Below, one piece after another: positions 47,872-51,375 of a stretch of 51,375 nucleotides of DNA. The notes under the pieces were generated by a model, which was not told where the DNA came from, did no database searches, and worked only from the letters and a program-made list of their open reading frames with translations. Position numbers and translations under genes: made by a program. Position 1 is the stretch's first letter; every line of letters begins with the position of its first letter. Location of the stretch: NCBI GenBank assembly GCA_943350175.1, contig CALQZX010000006.1, positions 1-51,375 on the forward strand, given 5' to 3'. Source of the DNA: Parcubacteria group bacterium. GTDB lineage: Bacteria > Patescibacteriota > Microgenomatia > UBA1400 > PJMF01.

Positions 47872-48415
47872 AGATCAATCTTTTTTATATTAATAACGCA
47901 TAATATACTAAAATATTAATATTCAAAGCAGGCTGCAGCCAAAGGTTTTTCACAAAATTAAATACCCAAAACCTAAAAATCGCTGTCTAAGATCGCGAAT
48001 CAATTTACTTAAAAAGTAATTTTCCAGATCTGATAGTCAATTCAACACATTCAAAAACCCTTCTCAAACCCGTATTTTTAGTTTTCACTTCACATAATAC
48101 ACAAAAACTAAGTCAATTCACAAGTGCTAAAGTTGTGGAAAAGGTGAAGAGCTAAAAACACCATTTCTGACTAAGAAAGCCAAGTTGATCTATTTTGCTT
48201 GGTTTTGACTATTATGAAAACCCGTGAAAACCAAGCGGGAATGAATTTCTAGTTCTCTCGAGTGAAGATAATTTTGACTGAAGAGAAAAACCCGAAATAA
48301 TCTTCTCTCTTGCTAGCAAATCTACTAACATCTAGACTGATAGCAGTTAACAAAAAGGGCCCAAAAAAAACGTCTAATGATCTGGATTAGACAAGAAAAA
48401 AAAGACTAGTCAAGC

Positions 48416-51375
48416 ATGCTTGCCAAAATACCCAAACCTACCAGCCCAATCGACAATCAAGCCACTAAAAACGGCTTTTTGAGTTTTTTTAAAGAAGTTG
48501 TGGAGCAAAATAATGAGCAAAACAATGAAAAAGAACTAAACTCAAGCAACTCGATTGAAGAAAAAACCCAAAAAACAGAATCCTCCGACTCAAAGCAATC
48601 AAAAGACGTCCAAAAATATCTAAAAGACTATCTTTTGGCAGTCGCAAAGACCGGCTGCTCATCAGCCACCATTCGCAATTACAAAAGTGATATCAATCAA
48701 TTCTTGGATTTTCTAGGCAACTACGAACTAAATGATTTGAGAAACAAACCCAAATTGCTCGCTTTTGCCCATTTCCAGAGGGACAAGGGTCTTAAAGAAA
48801 ACAGCATTAAACGTAAATTGGTCAGTATTACTCAGTTCAAGATCTGGCTTAAAGACCAAGGTTTAATCAATTCAGAAATTCCTCTCAGTACCTTTGGCCA
48901 AACTCAATCAAAAAACGATCAAAATGACGATTTGGAAAGAAACATCATTGATCAACGCAGTGAGAAACACACCAATCAAAGCAATGATAAAAAGACAAAT
49001 GAAACACAAACTCCAGGCAAGAAAGACCAAAGAAAAGACAAAAAATCTCGCAGTCGCCTTTTGATCCTTCTAAACATATTGGCCTTGTTACTTTTCATGG
49101 GTGGCCTAGCATATTTCGCCTACCAACAATTCGGCCAGGCTATTATTTCCATGGCTTATCCAAGTGCACCAGTCGCTCCAAGCAGAATTCTTTCATATCA
49201 AGGTCGCCTAACCAACACCGCCCAAAGCCCTATCTCATCGCCAACCGCTATGAGCTACTCGCTTTATGATGCCGATACCGGCGGTTCGATACTCTGGTCA
49301 TCCAACACCTGTACTATTGATCCTGATCAAGATGGTATTTTTAATGCCAATTTGGGAGCTGGAGCTGGCACCGGAGCAGACAGCGAAAACTGCGGTGGAA
49401 CTATAGGCGACGAAGTTTTTACTGAATACGCCAATGTTTGGCTGCAAGTAACTATTGGCGCAGAAACTCTTACACCTCGTCAACCGATCCGCACCGTGGC
49501 TTACGCTCTTAACTCATCTACTCTACAAGGCTTACCTCCAGCAGAAGTCGCTACCAACAGCACCATCCTGATGATGAACAGCTTGGGAGAAGTCGTCCTT
49601 GGAACCAACAACCCCATCATTAAAGCTGCTACCACTAGCTCTGGAATGACTATTGAAGCGAATAAAATCACTATCAAAACTTATTCTGGTTCAAATGGCG
49701 ACATTGTTTTAGACCCCGATGGAACCGGAATTGTTGATATCCAAGGCAACGCTAGTATTTCTGGCACCAGCACGCTTTCTGGCAATGTCTATATAACTAG
49801 TCCGAACAATCTCATCTTTGGCGGAATCACTGCTCTCGGAGAAATTAGCGCCGCTAATGATTCTGGAGCCTACCTAGTGGGAGCTTACGACGAATTTATC
49901 AATTCTAGTTCTGGAAATGTCCAGGGGGTTCTAAAAGACTTGGACACTGCAATCAATGCGGTCACTGGCTCAGGCACTGGCTCTTTCTGGAACGTTACTA
50001 GCGGAACACTTCAACCAAACAACAATACTTTGGATTTATTATTTGGTGGAACTTCTACTGCTTCCGCAAAATTTGCTTTTAAAAACATTAGCAATGGAAC
50101 TCCAACACTGTCTTTTGCCAATCAGGCCTCAGCTTTTGATCTAGCCAATTCTACGGTCAATTCTCTAGACATAGAGTCTGGACTGATGTCATTTGACACA
50201 AATAATTCTAGAGTTGGTATTGGAACAACCACTCCTACCGTTGAGTTGGATGTTAATGGCTCAATCAACTACACAGGAAATTTAAAAGCAGCTGGCTTAA
50301 ATACACAAATTCAGTTCAATGACGGTGGAATTTTTAATGGCGACTCTGGCATGACCTGGGACAACGTCAACAAAAAGCTAGTTCTCAGCGGCAATGGAGT
50401 TGATCAGTGGATGGGAGCTATTAGTGGAGTAATGGATGATGTCAGCTCATTTGGACTGATGTTTTTGGGTGGCAATGCCTCTGGCACTGACATGAATGGC
50501 GGATCGATGAATATGAATGGAGGAATGGGAAACGGAACAGGCTCAGGTGGTCCTGTCTACGTGGGTGGTGGAGAAGGTGGAGAGACAGGCGATGGCGGAG
50601 CAATGGAATTCAACGGAGGATCTGGCGGACTAACATCAGGCAATGGAGGCTACCTTTCATTTTCAGCTGGGAGTGCCCCTACATCAGGAGATGGCGGATC
50701 ATTGTATTTTAACGTTGGGCAAGGACAAGGTGGTGGCAGTGAAGGGAAAATAGTTTTCGGTGTTTCTGGAAATTATCGTCCAAGTGCAATTCTCGACACC
50801 TTGTCCATTGCCACAACCGATAAAAATTTTTCCTTCCCTAATCAGTCAGGAACATTTGTTGTTGCTGATTCAATAACAGGCAACGTTGGAGTTGGCACGA
50901 CCACCCCAGGATCACGATTAGAAGTTGTAGGAAACATAGCCGCAACCGGGATCAATGGGTTTATATCATCACCCTATCAAATAGTTGCTCCAAAAGGAAT
51001 TGTGGGTATGGGGACAGGAGCATTAACCTCAATTGGCGCAGCTGTTGCTACAGGAGCATATCCTTGGGATGTAGCCGCTGACCCCACTGGTCGTTTTGTG
51101 TATGTGACAAATCAAGGTTCAAATACCGTTTCCATGTACTCTGTCAATCAGTCAACAGGAGCATTAACCTCAATTGGCGCAGCTGTTGCTACAGGATCTG
51201 GTCCTTACAATATAACTACTGACCCCACTGGTCGTTTTGTGTATGTGACAGATTTCAGTTCAAGTACCATTTCCATGTACTCTGTCAATCAGTCAACAGG
51301 AGCATTAACCTCAATTGGCGCAGCTGTTGCTACAGGATCTGGTCCTCGTGGTGTAACTACTGACCCCACTGGTCG
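48416..51375 (+). CDS. Large membrane protein (at least 986 aa; 3' end beyond the window) with a cytoplasmic tyrosine-recombinase SAM-like (core-binding) domain, one TM helix, and a huge ectodomain with tail-fibre-like motifs, a Gly-rich region and YVTN/lactonase-type propeller repeats
   Basis: Hand translation from the ATG at 48416, with an in-frame TAG at 48407. The frame stays open to the window end, so the ORF is absent from the track. N-terminal domain: VQKYLKDYLLAVAKTGCSSATIRNYKSDINQFLDFL...LKENSIKRKLVSITQFKIWL. TM helix: LLILLNILALLLFMGGLAYFAY. Repeats: DPTGRFVYVTNQGSNTVSMYSVNQSTGAL. Confidence 0.8.
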   Translation, partial: MLAKIPKPTSPIDNQATKNGFLSFFKEVVEQNNEQNNEKELNSSNSIEEKTQKTESSDSKQSKDVQKYLKDYLLAVAKTGCSSATIRNYKSDINQFLDFLGNYELNDLRNKPKLLAFAHFQRDKGLKENSIKRKLVSITQFKIWLKDQGLINSEIPLSTFGQTQSKNDQNDDLERNIIDQRSEKHTNQSNDKKTNETQTPGKKDQRKDKKSRSRLLILLNILALLLFMGGLAYFAYQQFGQAIISMAYPSAPVAPSRILSYQGRLTNTAQSPISSPTAMSYSLYDADTGGSILWSSNTCTIDPDQDGIFNANLGAGAGTGADSENCGGTIGDEVFTEYANVWLQVTIGAETLTPRQPIRTVAYALNSSTLQGLPPAEVATNSTILMMNSLGEVVLGTNNPIIKAATTSSGMTIEANKITIKTYSGSNGDIVLDPDGTGIVDIQGNASISGTSTLSGNVYITSPNNLIFGGITALGEISAANDSGAYLVGAYDEFINSSSGNVQGVLKDLDTAINAVTGSGTGSFWNVTSGTLQPNNNTLDLLFGGTSTASAKFAFKNISNGTPTLSFANQASAFDLANSTVNSLDIESGLMSFDTNNSRVGIGTTTPTVELDVNGSINYTGNLKAAGLNTQIQFNDGGIFNGDSGMTWDNVNKKLVLSGNGVDQWMGAISGVMDDVSSFGLMFLGGNASGTDMNGGSMNMNGGMGNGTGSGGPVYVGGGEGGETGDGGAMEFNGGSGGLTSGNGGYLSFSAGSAPTSGDGGSLYFNVGQGQGGGSEGKIVFGVSGNYRPSAILDTLSIATTDKNFSFPNQSGTFVVADSITGNVGVGTTTPGSRLEVVGNIAATGINGFISSPYQIVAPKGIVGMGTGALTSIGAAVATGAYPWDVAADPTGRFVYVTNQGSNTVSMYSVNQSTGALTSIGAAVATGSGPYNITTDPTGRFVYVTDFSSSTISMYSVNQSTGALTSIGAAVATGSGPRGVTTDPTG
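51014..51375 (+). repeat. 141-bp (47-aa) in-frame tandem repeats; at least 2.5 units, continuing past the window end
   Basis: Units start at 51014, 51155 and 51296. The first 42 nt of each unit and the gaccccactggtcgttttgtgtatgtgaca / tccatgtactctgtcaatcagtca blocks are identical between units. They are separated by short, highly divergent patches. Confidence 0.9.

Noticed and set aside
1-51375. An alternative genetic code (UGA recoded, as in some CPR lineages)
   Set aside because: All conserved genes (rplK, rplA, rplJ, rplL, thrS, leuS, nusG, ndk) are full length under the standard code. TGA also serves as a stop at several coupled ATGA junctions.
51014-51375. A diversity-generating retroelement (template/variable repeat pair)
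   Set aside because: The copies are adjacent in-frame tandem units of one gene. The differences are clustered multi-base replacements rather than adenine-specific substitutions, and no reverse transcriptase gene is in the window. The sequence beyond the window end is unseen, so this is not fully excluded.

Overview
The window is 51.4 kb of compact, roughly 40% GC bacterial DNA read with the standard genetic code; every long ORF is intact with UGA as a stop. Gene content suggests a Candidate Phyla Radiation (Patescibacteria, possibly Microgenomates-like) genome. That placement is an inference from giant surface proteins, a comEA/comEC DNA-uptake locus, PEGA and DUF2207 proteins, and minimal metabolism.

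Housekeeping genes I recognise:
- galU (partial), secE, nusG, rplK, rplA, rplJ and rplL
- thrS and leuS
- a murD fusion gene, murF, a tagA-like glycosyltransferase and an MreB-like gene
- ndk, csaA, an M16 peptidase, an Ldh_2-family dehydrogenase and a GH36-like alpha-galactosidase
- tRNA-Pro(CGG) and tRNA-Arg(CCU)

The normally contiguous secE-nusG-rplKAJL cluster is interrupted twice. A BrnT/BrnA toxin-antitoxin pair plus one hypothetical gene sits between nusG and rplK. About 19 kb of minus-strand genes sits between rplA and rplJ.

The most interesting part is inside that 19-kb block (9856-25318). It is a translationally coupled operon encoding:
- a ~2,375-aa secreted protein with Kelch-like propellers and FN3 domains
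- a small FN3 membrane anchor
- a MacB/FtsX-type ABC pair whose permease has a ~590-aa ectodomain
- a DUF2207 membrane protein
- an 816-aa coiled-coil protein

Other leads:
- an overlapping dockerin-like/cohesin-like gene pair
- a PP-loop domain fused to MurD, possibly a MurL-MurD2 route to D-Glu
- a membrane protein with a tyrosine-recombinase SAM-like N-terminal domain and a huge ectodomain that ends in mosaic 141-bp tandem repeats
- comEC split into two ORFs
- a PD-(D/E)xK domain fused to transmembrane helices, next to a tRNA
- a 35-nt intergenic motif found twice, each copy next to a terminator

All family assignments come from reading motifs in the translations. No database search was run.
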